Source of the DNA: an uncultured Bacteroidaceae bacterium
GTDB lineage: Bacteria > Bacteroidota > Bacteroidia > Bacteroidales > Bacteroidaceae
Direction of reading: 5' to 3'
Assembly: GCA_964537205.1 (NCBI GenBank)
Contig: CAZHZH010000002.1
Coordinates: 1-54,480 of the forward strand
DNA: 54,480 bases
Shown: one piece after another, positions 20,801-28,477 of the stretch
How positions within the stretch are numbered: position 1 is the first letter of the stretch
How the letters are laid out: every line of letters begins with the position of its first letter
Translations under genes and position numbers: made by a program
Notes under the pieces: model-generated
What the model saw: only the letters and a program-made list of their open reading frames with translations
What the model was told of the DNA's origin: nothing
The model's database searches: none

Positions 20801-21064
20801 AAACTCCGCATTGTACCCGCTTTTCTCCTTCAGCCTTGAGAGATAGTTGTCCGCCCTCCGGTCGCCTTGCCCCAACAGGTACAGGGTGTCGATTATGCGG
20901 CTCTTCATCTCGTTTGTGGCCTTGTTGGTGAATGTGACGGCGAGAATATACCGGTAGTTCTCCGGATTCATGATCAAGAGACTTATGTACTCCACCGTCA
21001 GTGTGAACGTTTTTCCGCTGCCCGCCGACGCGCGTCCCACTTTCAACGTACCTGGGTCAGTCAT
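17852..21064 (-). CDS. addA: AddA-type UvrD/Rep-family helicase with C-terminal RecB-like nuclease domain
   Basis: 1070 aa. Walker A motif: ASAGSGKTFT. UvrD-type motifs include IMIDEFQDTS and VGDVKQSIYRWR. C-terminal PD-(D/E)XK motifs: RPDRV...VIDYKTG...QVQKY. Confidence 0.8.
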   Translation of the reverse strand: MTDPGTLKVGRASAGSGKTFTLTVEYISLLIMNPENYRYILAVTFTNKATNEMKSRIIDTLYLLGQGDRRADNYLSRLKEKSGYNAEFIKQQCAQALTLILHDYSHFRIETIDSFFQSVIRDLARELNLTANLKIDLDSDEALEDAVSRMIEDMRAGDDVYNAVLSYVQDNLNEQNKNWKIDKEVVQFSKNIYNESYLKEEKTISEKTSEPGFYAKYKSELYKRLSQLGQDSRENAIKFNSYIKDHGFYSTHFVGGKNGVFSFFPKIAEGKNPKIPAAIERDPGAKWMTDQSLDAQHSTYYRGLIAKELSIRKNASTIKAVLKHLNQMSLLGSVDKTLRRLNKENNRFILADTAHKLNEIISDNDIPFIYEKAAASFKYIMIDEFQDTSELQWQNFIPLLKECVASGHVCVIVGDVKQSIYRWRNSDWGILNDINTDQNFSGVIEESEMTKSLDTNHRSGECIVTFNNEFFAKAKEEVAKHYSDTFGNKYLANDIRRAYSSVEQKVDTRYKGQGFVDIINITDEEGQAATAEGKEEKQTYDEQTLDTLEQTLTHIINEKNVKEDDIAILTRSNRELKLVSAYVKQHMPQLKIVSDEAFQLDSSQAVNMLILAMQVVAGYDPKEYGQGRKPFGMFLCATLAYRYQSLVAGDSPTRPTLEWYMQAQADELERMLPEGFFNGIAELQTLPVYELCERLFNQFQLSRLKGQSAYLFYFMDEVAAFSRDNSSNISSLIDYWNDKLHSKTIPSNGSDGIQLMTIHKSKGLEFHTVIVPFCDWEMGGGGTILWCKSDDDDKLPLTPVYFNKELENTDFKKEYEEEELKNYVDNLNLLYVAFTRAEQNLIVLTGHKANRYSVYDVIKSVTEKSNLIPSGDITAYNPKKDKSGVEANDIVVDFVNTELVPTFKQSNKSREFICDDNPDDNRASYIKKGLVVHKVFEMIKDEADIPQALRTLEQDGVMQDKQFYEEIKDFVTDALKDSRVRSWFDPKWNVMNECDFVMNEGGTTKTRRPDRVIYDDHETIVIDYKTGIPLNGHKTQVQKYMRQLKLMGMPNVHGYLWYMKESRIQPIETA

Positions 21065-21959
21065 TGTTTATACTTATGTAATACATTAATTTGTAAAGAT
21101 TGAAGAAGCTCACCATTGGATGCAGGCCGCAGAGGTTGTTGCGGATTGGCACCTTGACCGCACGGCTGACAATACGGACAATGGGTATTAGTCCGAGTTT
21201 GCGCAACCTTCGTACGTGTCGCGTAATCGATACGTCGTCCGCCAGCTCCTCCTCGAACTGATGCAGTGTGGTCAAAGCCACCTCCGTCTTCCTTACGAAC
21301 TGCGGGTTCTCTTCCAAATCGTCGTTGGCCAAGGGATTGTCGATGTGGTATATTGTGAAGCCCGCCCTGCGAAGGTCCATCCCGTATTTGACATCCTCAT
21401 AGCCGTATGCGGAGAACCTCTCGTCCATTCTGACACGATTGGCCACATACCTGTGTATGAGAAAGCAGAATGAGCGAAACTTGCTTTGGGGATCGGCGTT
21501 CAGGCGTTCAGGCGATATGTGCTTCTCGTATTTCGTCTCATATTTGTAGCGCAACGAATATTGTCTCGGTGGGCGGACTTCGTTCTGCCGGATGCCTCCG
21601 CACACCACGTCGTGCATCTCTGCGGCCGCAAGGTACTTGTCTATAAAGTCGTCCCTGATCACCTTGCCGTCCTGGTCCATGAAAAGCAACATGTCCCCCT
21701 TCGCCTCGGATGCGAGGAAGTTCCTGATGCGGCTTCTGCCAACGTTGAAGTCGCGGCGTATGAACCTGCAGTTCTCCAACCGATTGATGACGGTCGCTCC
21801 CTCCATCCATATCGGGTTGGTCGATCCGTCGTCGGCCACAATGATTTCGTAGTCTACGCCGCTGAGGTCGCACTGCTTCTTTAGCGACTCCACAAGGGCG
21901 GAACAGTCGTAATTGTATGTAGGAATCAATATTGACAGCATAAGCGTAACTCTGTTCAT
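21057..21959 (-). CDS. Family 2 glycosyltransferase
   Basis: LSILIPTYNYDCSALVESLKKQ...IVADDGSTNP...FMDQDG is the GT2 pattern. I chose the ATG at 21959 (MNRVTLM...) because the longer ORF would overlap the rarA promoter region. The 3' end overlaps the addA start by 8 nt. Confidence 0.7.
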   Translation of the reverse strand: MNRVTLMLSILIPTYNYDCSALVESLKKQCDLSGVDYEIIVADDGSTNPIWMEGATVINRLENCRFIRRDFNVGRSRIRNFLASEAKGDMLLFMDQDGKVIRDDFIDKYLAAAEMHDVVCGGIRQNEVRPPRQYSLRYKYETKYEKHISPERLNADPQSKFRSFCFLIHRYVANRVRMDERFSAYGYEDVKYGMDLRRAGFTIYHIDNPLANDDLEENPQFVRKTEVALTTLHQFEEELADDVSITRHVRRLRKLGLIPIVRIVSRAVKVPIRNNLCGLHPMVSFFNLYKLMYYISINND

Positions 21960-22129
21960 GAGCGTTCGTGGCACGAAGTTACAAAGAATAATCAAGACTT
22001 CAAAATAAATCGGTAAAATATTGCGCACATAGTGGAACTTCCGTCCTTTAAGAGGCATGGCAATTATTCCGTCGGACCCACGTTGTTACTTTTCCTGCTG
22101 CAAGTATTCACAGGTTCGGTTTTATTTGC

Positions 22130-22137
22130 TATATTTG
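22130..22137 (+). promoter_or_regulatory. -7 promoter box (TATATTTG) for rarA-mutS2
   Basis: TAnnTTTG match 22 nt upstream of the ATG at 22159. Confidence 0.5.
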
Positions 22138-22158
22138 CAGTCTGAAAGCAAAAATGCT

Positions 22159-23466
22159 ATGCAACCTCTGGCGGAAAGAATGCGTCCTCAAACGTTGGAC
22201 GAGTATATCGGACAAAAGCACCTTGTCGGCGAAGGGTCGGTCATCAGAAACATGATCGAGCGGGGACGTGTGTCGTCGTTCATCCTGTGGGGACCTCCGG
22301 GCGTGGGCAAAACAACACTCGCCAATATCATCGCCAAAACACTTGACTTGCCTTTCTTCACGCTGAGCGCGGTGACGAGCGGAGTGAAGGACGTGCGGGA
22401 GGTGATTGAGAAGGCGCGTTCCGCGAGATTTTTCGGTACCGGCAACCCCGTACTGTTCATCGACGAGATCCACCGGTTCTCGAAAAGCCAGCAGGACTCG
22501 TTGTTGGGCGCGGTGGAACAAGGAGTAGTGACTTTGATAGGAGCCACTACGGAGAATCCCTCGTTCGAGGTGATTCGCCCGCTTCTTAGCAGGTGCCAGG
22601 TTTATGTACTCAAACCGCTTGACAAGGAGGATCTGCTTGAACTGACCAACCGAGTTCTGAAGAAGGACGTATATCTTAGGGAACGCAATATCGAACTTAA
22701 GGAGACTGCCGCCTTGTTGCGCTATTCGGGCGGGGATGCGCGCAAACTGCTCAACATCATTGAACTCGTGACAAACGAGTCGGATGTCATCGACGATGAG
22801 GCCGTGGCGAAGTGCATTCAGCAGAACCCACTTGCATACGACAAAGACGGAGAAATGCACTACGACTTGATCTCCGCCTTCATAAAGAGCATAAGGGGCA
22901 GCGACCCCGATGCCGCAGTTTACTATCTCGCCCGTATGATAGAGGGTGGGGAGGAACCAGAGTTCATTGCCCGCAGGCTTATAATATCGGCAAGCGAAGA
23001 TGTGGGCCTTGCCAATCCAAACGCCTTGTTACTTGCCAACGCGGCTTTCGACGCCGTTCACAAGATTGGGTGGCCCGAAGGCAGGATACCATTGGCTGAG
23101 GCCACCGTGTATCTTGCGACAAGTCCCAAGAGCAACTCCGCTTACATGGCGGTCAACGATGCCTTGCAATATGTGCGGCAAAGTGGAAACCTGCCCGTTC
23201 CCCTCCATTTGCGAAACGCCCCTACAAAGTTGATGGAAGAGTTGGGTTACGGCAAGGATTACAAGTATGCCCATGACTATCCTGGACACTATGTGGACCA
23301 GCAGTTCCTGCCAGACGAGGCGGTCGGCAAGACTTTTTGGCATTCACAGGACAATCCGCAGGAAATGAAGTTGAGGACGAGGATGGACGCTCTACACGGG
23401 GGGCGGGGTACAAACGACGATAACAAGTTAAACAGCACAGGAAACAAACATGATATATCCGGATAA
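22159..23466 (+). CDS. rarA: Replication-associated recombination protein A (AAA+ ATPase RarA/MgsA)
   Basis: MQPLAERMRPQTLDEYIGQKHL..., Walker A LWGPPGVGKTTLA and Walker B LFIDEIHRF. The start is set at the internal ATG downstream of the promoter box. Confidence 0.85.
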   Translation: MQPLAERMRPQTLDEYIGQKHLVGEGSVIRNMIERGRVSSFILWGPPGVGKTTLANIIAKTLDLPFFTLSAVTSGVKDVREVIEKARSARFFGTGNPVLFIDEIHRFSKSQQDSLLGAVEQGVVTLIGATTENPSFEVIRPLLSRCQVYVLKPLDKEDLLELTNRVLKKDVYLRERNIELKETAALLRYSGGDARKLLNIIELVTNESDVIDDEAVAKCIQQNPLAYDKDGEMHYDLISAFIKSIRGSDPDAAVYYLARMIEGGEEPEFIARRLIISASEDVGLANPNALLLANAAFDAVHKIGWPEGRIPLAEATVYLATSPKSNSAYMAVNDALQYVRQSGNLPVPLHLRNAPTKLMEELGYGKDYKYAHDYPGHYVDQQFLPDEAVGKTFWHSQDNPQEMKLRTRMDALHGGRGTNDDNKLNSTGNKHDISG

Positions 23467-25906
23467 CTACGAGGAGAAAATAGGATTCAACGTCATACGG
23501 CAGATGCTTAGGGACTCATGCCTGTGTTCATTAGGTGTGGAACGTGTGGACTCAATGGAGTTCAGCTCCAAATACACTGATATAATCACAGCGATACGGC
23601 AAACCTGGGAGTTTGTCAGGGTTCTTCGCGAGGAGGATTTTCCCGACCAGAATTTCTATGACTTACGGCCCGCATTACGGCGGATAAAGATACAAAACAC
23701 ATTTCTGCTTGTTGAGGAATTGTATGACATGCAGCGTTCGCTCGACTCCATAGACAAGATCGTGAATTTCTTTGGCAAACGGGCCACGGGAGACAAATCG
23801 CCTGTCTACCCGGCTCTATCCGCACTGTCGGAGAATATAAAGACTTTCCCAAACGTAGTCCGCAGGATCAGTCAGATACTGGATAAGAATGGAGAGGTCA
23901 AGGACTCGGCCACAGTCGCCCTGATGCGTATACGACAGGAGAAGGCGGGCTTGTCAAACAGCATATCAGGAATGCTGCACCGAATACTAAGGCAGGCGAA
24001 GAACGAAGGAATGGTGGATAAAGACTCTGCGCCGACCATGCGCGACGGCAGGCTTGTCATTCCTGTGGTTCCAGCTATGAAACGTAAGATAAATGGTATT
24101 GTCCACGATGAGTCGGACACAGGGCGCACTGTATATATCGAACCGGCTGAGGTTGTTGAGGCTAACAACCGCATACGTGAACTTGAGAGTGAGGAGCGCA
24201 GGGAGATTGTGCGCATTATGACGGTGTTCACGGAGTCGATACGCCCTTACGTGCTTGACATGATACGTTCGTATGAGTTTCTTGGCGACATTGACTTTGT
24301 CCGGGCAAAGGCGCGGTTCGCAATCAGTACGGATTCTATAATGCCAGTGGTGGAAGACTGCCAGCAGTTGGACATGAGCATGGCCGTTCATCCGTTGTTG
24401 CGCATGTCGCTTGAGAAGCACGGGCGCAAAGTAGTGCCTCTTGACATCCGTCTCGACAGTAATCAACGAATTTTGCTTATATCGGGGCCGAATGCGGGCG
24501 GAAAGTCGGTGTGCCTGAAGACTGTTGGACTTCTGCAATATATGTTGCAGTGTGGAATGCTTATACCTGTGGCTGAGAGCAGTAAATTGGGAATTTACCA
24601 AAACATATTCATTGATATCGGCGACGAACAAAGTCTTGAGAACGATCTTTCGACTTACTCTTCGCATCTTATGAACATGAAGTTTATGTTGAAGAACGCT
24701 AATTTCTCAACACTCATACTCATTGACGAGTTTGGCGGAGGGACTGAACCTCAAATAGGCGGCGCGATTGCAGAGGCGGTGCTGAAAAGGCTCAATGCGA
24801 AGAAGGCGTTTGGAGTGATAACCACCCACTATCAAAACTTGAAGCAATTCGCGGGGGACACACCAGGCATTGTAAATGGGGCGATGCTGTACGACCGGCA
24901 GCAGATGCAGCCGTTGTTCCAGCTGCGCATAGGGAATCCGGGTAGTTCGTTTGCCGTAGAAATAGCGCGCAAGATCGGTCTGCCCGAGGATGTAATCGAT
25001 GAGGCGTCTAAACTTGTGGGACACAACTACATTTTCTCTGACAAATACTTGCAGGATATTTCGCGCGACAAGCGATATTGGGAGAACAAACGCCAGGAAA
25101 TCCACCTGAAGGAGAAGGAGCTTGAGGCGACGATACAACGTTATGAGGATGAATACGACAAGATACACGCCCAGAAGAGGGAGATAATTGAACAGGCGAA
25201 AACTCAAGCCCAGCAGCTGCTGAAAAGTTCGAACGCGGAAATTGAGCGTGCGATAAAGAACATAAAGGAGGCGCAGGCAGAACGTGAGAAAACCAAGCAG
25301 ATCCGTGAAAAGCTCGACAAGTACAAGGAGGAGGTTGGGACGAAGGATGCGGATACGCGGGAAAAGCGACTCAGTCGCCCTCGCCAGAACAATCGCTCAG
25401 TGGAACCTCGACAGTCACAACCTACCGCCTCGAAACCTGTGACACCATTCTCCGTTGGTGATTATGTGAAAATGAAAGGCCAAACTACAATAGGTCGTAT
25501 AAAGAAACTGGGAGGCGGCAAAGAGGCGCAGGTGGCTTTTGGTAATGTGCAGATCAACGTAAAGCTTGACCGGCTTGAACACAGCGATGCACCTAAGGCG
25601 CAGCAGCGCGATGTGGCATTTGTTACATCAAGCACGCAAGACACGATACGCAACACTACTCTCAACTTTACCGGACAGCTTGATGTGAGGGGAATGAGGG
25701 GTGATGAGTGCATGCAGGCAGTAAGCCTTTTCATTGACGACGCACTTGTAACAAACGCTTCGAGGGTCCGAATCCTTCATGGTACGGGCAATGGAATATT
25801 ACGCCAAATAGTGCGGCAGTATCTTAATACGATTCCGGAAGTCAGGGATTTTCATGACGAAAGCCCGCAATTCGGGGGCGGCGGCATCACTGTAGTTGAC
25901 TTTTAA
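23450..25906 (+). CDS. mutS2: Endonuclease MutS2 (MutS-family ATPase with C-terminal Smr domain)
   Basis: 818 aa. P-loop: ISGPNAGGKSV. Also has DEFGGGTEP, and the C-terminal Smr region LDVRGMRGDE...RILHGTGNGILRQ. It overlaps the rarA 3' end by 17 nt. Confidence 0.85.
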   Translation: MIYPDNYEEKIGFNVIRQMLRDSCLCSLGVERVDSMEFSSKYTDIITAIRQTWEFVRVLREEDFPDQNFYDLRPALRRIKIQNTFLLVEELYDMQRSLDSIDKIVNFFGKRATGDKSPVYPALSALSENIKTFPNVVRRISQILDKNGEVKDSATVALMRIRQEKAGLSNSISGMLHRILRQAKNEGMVDKDSAPTMRDGRLVIPVVPAMKRKINGIVHDESDTGRTVYIEPAEVVEANNRIRELESEERREIVRIMTVFTESIRPYVLDMIRSYEFLGDIDFVRAKARFAISTDSIMPVVEDCQQLDMSMAVHPLLRMSLEKHGRKVVPLDIRLDSNQRILLISGPNAGGKSVCLKTVGLLQYMLQCGMLIPVAESSKLGIYQNIFIDIGDEQSLENDLSTYSSHLMNMKFMLKNANFSTLILIDEFGGGTEPQIGGAIAEAVLKRLNAKKAFGVITTHYQNLKQFAGDTPGIVNGAMLYDRQQMQPLFQLRIGNPGSSFAVEIARKIGLPEDVIDEASKLVGHNYIFSDKYLQDISRDKRYWENKRQEIHLKEKELEATIQRYEDEYDKIHAQKREIIEQAKTQAQQLLKSSNAEIERAIKNIKEAQAEREKTKQIREKLDKYKEEVGTKDADTREKRLSRPRQNNRSVEPRQSQPTASKPVTPFSVGDYVKMKGQTTIGRIKKLGGGKEAQVAFGNVQINVKLDRLEHSDAPKAQQRDVAFVTSSTQDTIRNTTLNFTGQLDVRGMRGDECMQAVSLFIDDALVTNASRVRILHGTGNGILRQIVRQYLNTIPEVRDFHDESPQFGGGGITVVDF

Positions 25907-26074
25907 CCCAAATCGGTCATTAGCGTTATGATGATAACAACTATATTTCCAGAGCAGATGTTTTTACGGTTTGAGGGCGCAATGGGGTTCCATTGTAACC
26001 GAAAAACGAGAAAATAGATGACAAAAAGAGAGTTTGTTAGGGCGTAACAGCCTAATGACCGATTGGGGTTTAAA
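25901..26074. repeat. 174-bp element bounded by 22/24-bp inverted repeats (MITE-like or long structured RNA/terminator)
   Basis: 25901-25923 (TTTTAACCCAAATCGGTCATTAG) pairs with 26052-26074 (CTAATGACCGATTGGGGTTTAAA), including 13 perfect bp. There are further inner pairs (25925-25930/26043-26048) and nested stems CGGTT/AACCG and CAATGG/CCATTG. Confidence 0.6.
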
Positions 26075-26084
26075 TATATCGAGC

Positions 26085-27302
26085 TTATTTGTATTGGCTC
26101 TTCTTCAGAAAGTCAAACCCGACAATGAATTTTACTGTTCCATAGTTGTTGGTAAGGCTGAATTTCTTCTCGTGGTAGCTGTACGTATGTACGTCGAGCA
26201 CTATTCCGGTGAAGTATTTGGTGTTGTTCCAAAACAAGCTTGTACGAAATACCAAGTCGGTGCTTATCTGCCGCAATATGTCTTTCCCAAGGTCGTGTTC
26301 CGTAATGTTGGATTGCCGGTAACCTAATGACGGAAGCACTGATACCGCCCAAATGCAATTCTTCCGGAATGCCCAATTATAGCCGTATCCGAAGCTGATG
26401 GAATAGTCTGTATAGCCTACTTTGTTAAATAAGAGAGTCGTGTCAATTTGCTGTGCTATATAATCAGACAATTCGGAGCTATTGAAAGTGACGCTTACGT
26501 GATTGTATGAAAACCCCAGCTTCCAAGAACCGCAACTGCGGCGTTGTACCGCATTCTCCCCGAAGGCGGCTGGCCATGAGTAGCGCCGGTGGTTGAAAAT
26601 ATATTGTGCGTCAAAGCCGAAACATCGAGAGTTGAGTCCTTTAAACTTCTTGTCGTGACCGTCCAAATCGACGTTTGAGATGTTGACAAATCTTGCGGAC
26701 TTGCCCGATCGGAATGTATAGACTTCCGCAAAGATGCGGGCCGTATTGAGCGTAAACGAGTTGCGGTAGCCTGTTCCGTTGGTCTCTCCTTGCGGTTTGC
26801 CAATATCCCCAAGATTGATGGCGTGTCCATAACCAAAAATGCTCCAATATACGTAGCCGCCAAGTACAAGGGGATTACCTGATTCCAACGACATGTTGTT
26901 GTTTTTCCCACTTTTGCTTGAAGTAATACGATAGTAGTCGTGCCAATACGATAACTCCGCTTGAGCTGTCAACTCATACTTCTGTGGGGTGACATAATTG
27001 GTGTCGCAACCCATAAAGAAGTCGGTCACGGCATCTGCGACCTTGAACACGGTGTGCAGGAAATTCCTTTTTTTCTTAGGCTTTGTTGATTTGCCTCCAA
27101 GTTCTTGGGAATACAGAAATGACGCCAACGTGTCGTTGGGGGTTACAGTCAGTGAGTCATTGTGGTTGGGCAAAAATTGACTGCCTTCCTCGTATGCCGT
27201 GCTGCGTGCATTGCCTTCTCCGCTTTGTGACAAGCTCGACACGACCTCTGCGAATAAATGCAGAGGCAGTAAAAGAAGGAATGCGAGGAAGGTGTTTTTC
27301 AT
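26085..27302 (-). CDS. Signal-peptide protein, predicted outer-membrane beta-barrel (possibly DUF4421-like), unknown function
   Basis: 405 aa. Signal peptide: MKNTFLAFLLLLPLHLFAEV. It has abundant alternating aromatic/Gly strands (YVYWSIFGYGHAI, WKLGFSYNHVSV, YSISFGYGYNWAF). The family name is a tentative recollection. Confidence 0.5.
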   Translation of the reverse strand: MKNTFLAFLLLLPLHLFAEVVSSLSQSGEGNARSTAYEEGSQFLPNHNDSLTVTPNDTLASFLYSQELGGKSTKPKKKRNFLHTVFKVADAVTDFFMGCDTNYVTPQKYELTAQAELSYWHDYYRITSSKSGKNNNMSLESGNPLVLGGYVYWSIFGYGHAINLGDIGKPQGETNGTGYRNSFTLNTARIFAEVYTFRSGKSARFVNISNVDLDGHDKKFKGLNSRCFGFDAQYIFNHRRYSWPAAFGENAVQRRSCGSWKLGFSYNHVSVTFNSSELSDYIAQQIDTTLLFNKVGYTDYSISFGYGYNWAFRKNCIWAVSVLPSLGYRQSNITEHDLGKDILRQISTDLVFRTSLFWNNTKYFTGIVLDVHTYSYHEKKFSLTNNYGTVKFIVGFDFLKKSQYK

Positions 27303-27308
27303 TTGCGT

Positions 27309-28301
27309 TTATATTTTACCTAATATCCGGTCCATTACCCAATTTGTAGGTGTGGCACTAACGGAATTGCATTCGCACGGCTTGCCTCCCCTTAGAGCGT
27401 CAACTATACATTGAATCAGCGGTTCCTGCACATATTGCGGATTTGGTACAGCGAACTCTTCCTCCCCGTTCTCGGTTTGCAAGGCAATGGGGGTGTAGTC
27501 GAATACTGAGAATGAAATCATCCCTTTTGTACCGACTATTTCAATTCTGTCGGTACGCGCTGACTCATAGGCGGCGAAGCACCATGAGCCGCTGCCTATG
27601 ATTCCGTTGTCGAAGCGAAAACAGGCGTTGAACGTGTCTTCCACTTTGTACAACCCAGCCATGTTTGCCGCATAGCCTTCTGCTTCGAGGATGACTCCGA
27701 ACATGTACTGAAGCATGTCCAACTGGTGGCTTGCAAGGTCGTAAAAGTAACCTCCGCCTCCGGCTATGTCGGGTTGAAGCCGCCACGGAAGGTTTGTCTT
27801 GTTGTAGTCAAGCTCTCTTGGCGGGACTGCGAATCGGATTTGAACCGACATCACCTTGCCTATCATCTGCTTTTTCAACACTTCAATCACTTTCTTGAAG
27901 TAGGGAAGGTATCGCCGATAGTAGGCTACGTAACATGGAATTCCTGTCTGCTCGGATATGCTGTTGACTCGAAGACATTCCTCGTAGCTTGCCGCAAGCG
28001 GTTTCTCTACATATACAGGTTTTCCCGCCTTCATCGCCATTATGGCGAACGTTGAGTGTGTGGATGGAGGTGTGGCAATATATACCGCATTAACACTGTG
28101 GTCGTTTATCAGCTCTATGGCATCGGTGTAATATTTTGGTATGCCATGACGCATGGCATACGATTTCACCTTGTCCTTGCTCCGGCTCATCACCGCCACG
28201 ATTGACGAACCCTCAGCGCATTGTAGGGCAGGCCCACTTTTGTGCTCTGTAGCTTCACCGCAACCAATAACGCCCCAACATACTTCTTTTAATGCATCCA
28301 T
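27309..28301 (-). CDS. Gfo/Idh/MocA-family NAD(P)-dependent oxidoreductase
   Basis: 330 aa. N-terminal Rossmann motif VCWGVIGCGEATEHK, plus AVYIATPPSTH and VYVEKPLA (EKP motif). Confidence 0.8.
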   Translation of the reverse strand: MDALKEVCWGVIGCGEATEHKSGPALQCAEGSSIVAVMSRSKDKVKSYAMRHGIPKYYTDAIELINDHSVNAVYIATPPSTHSTFAIMAMKAGKPVYVEKPLAASYEECLRVNSISEQTGIPCYVAYYRRYLPYFKKVIEVLKKQMIGKVMSVQIRFAVPPRELDYNKTNLPWRLQPDIAGGGGYFYDLASHQLDMLQYMFGVILEAEGYAANMAGLYKVEDTFNACFRFDNGIIGSGSWCFAAYESARTDRIEIVGTKGMISFSVFDYTPIALQTENGEEEFAVPNPQYVQEPLIQCIVDALRGGKPCECNSVSATPTNWVMDRILGKI

Positions 28302-28330
28302 GTTTTCCTGTCAGCTTAATTTCTAACATG

Positions 28331-28338
28331 CAAAAATA
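28331..28338 (-). promoter_or_regulatory. -7 promoter box (TATTTTTG on minus strand)
   Basis: TAnnTTTG match 30 nt upstream of the ATG at 28301. Confidence 0.45.
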
Positions 28339-28443
28339 CGAATTAATCCTCATTTCGAGGCATGTTGGGCTGGAAAAGTTGTTATTGTGAGCCAAACAGA
28401 CTGTTGGGAGAGTGGTTTGGATTGCCAGTTTGCAATTATTTAG

Positions 28444-28451
28444 TAACTTTG
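28444..28451 (+). promoter_or_regulatory. -7 promoter box (TAACTTTG) for rlmD
   Basis: TAnnTTTG match 27 nt upstream of the ATG at 28478. Confidence 0.5.
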
Positions 28452-28477
28452 CACGCAATTAAATACAGTTACTACTG

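Noticed and set aside
14794-21064. UvrD-like helicase plus PD-(D/E)XK nuclease pair as a possible anti-phage system (Gabija-, Hachiman- or Nhi-like).
   Set aside because: The architecture is that of the AddAB recombination-repair complex: a helicase of about 1070 aa with a C-terminal RecB nuclease, plus a partner of about 1018 aa with a nuclease and a 4-Cys Fe-S cluster. It sits among core genes and has no partner typical of defence systems.
21960-22158. Long N-terminal extensions of the GT2 gene (to 22058) and of rarA (from 22057) that would overlap each other head-to-head.
   Set aside because: The rarA -7 box (22130-22137) lies inside the extension, and conserved protein sequence begins at the internal ATGs (21959 and 22159). 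The extensions are Cys/Phe/Tyr-rich and not protein-like.
22129-22860. 243-aa minus-strand ORF opposite rarA.
   Set aside because: It is fully antisense to a strongly supported AAA+ gene. The translation has no recognisable motifs and looks like a typical shadow ORF.
23987-24667. 226-aa minus-strand ORF opposite mutS2 (also 24707..25207).
   Set aside because: These are shadow ORFs inside a well-supported MutS2 coding region.
25901-26074. Inverted-repeat-flanked segment as a Bacteroides-type invertible promoter (phase-variation switch).
   Set aside because: There is no TAnnTTTG promoter box in either orientation inside the segment. It lies at the 3' ends of two convergent genes rather than upstream of a gene, and no recombinase gene is nearby. 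It is kept as a repeat/structured element instead.
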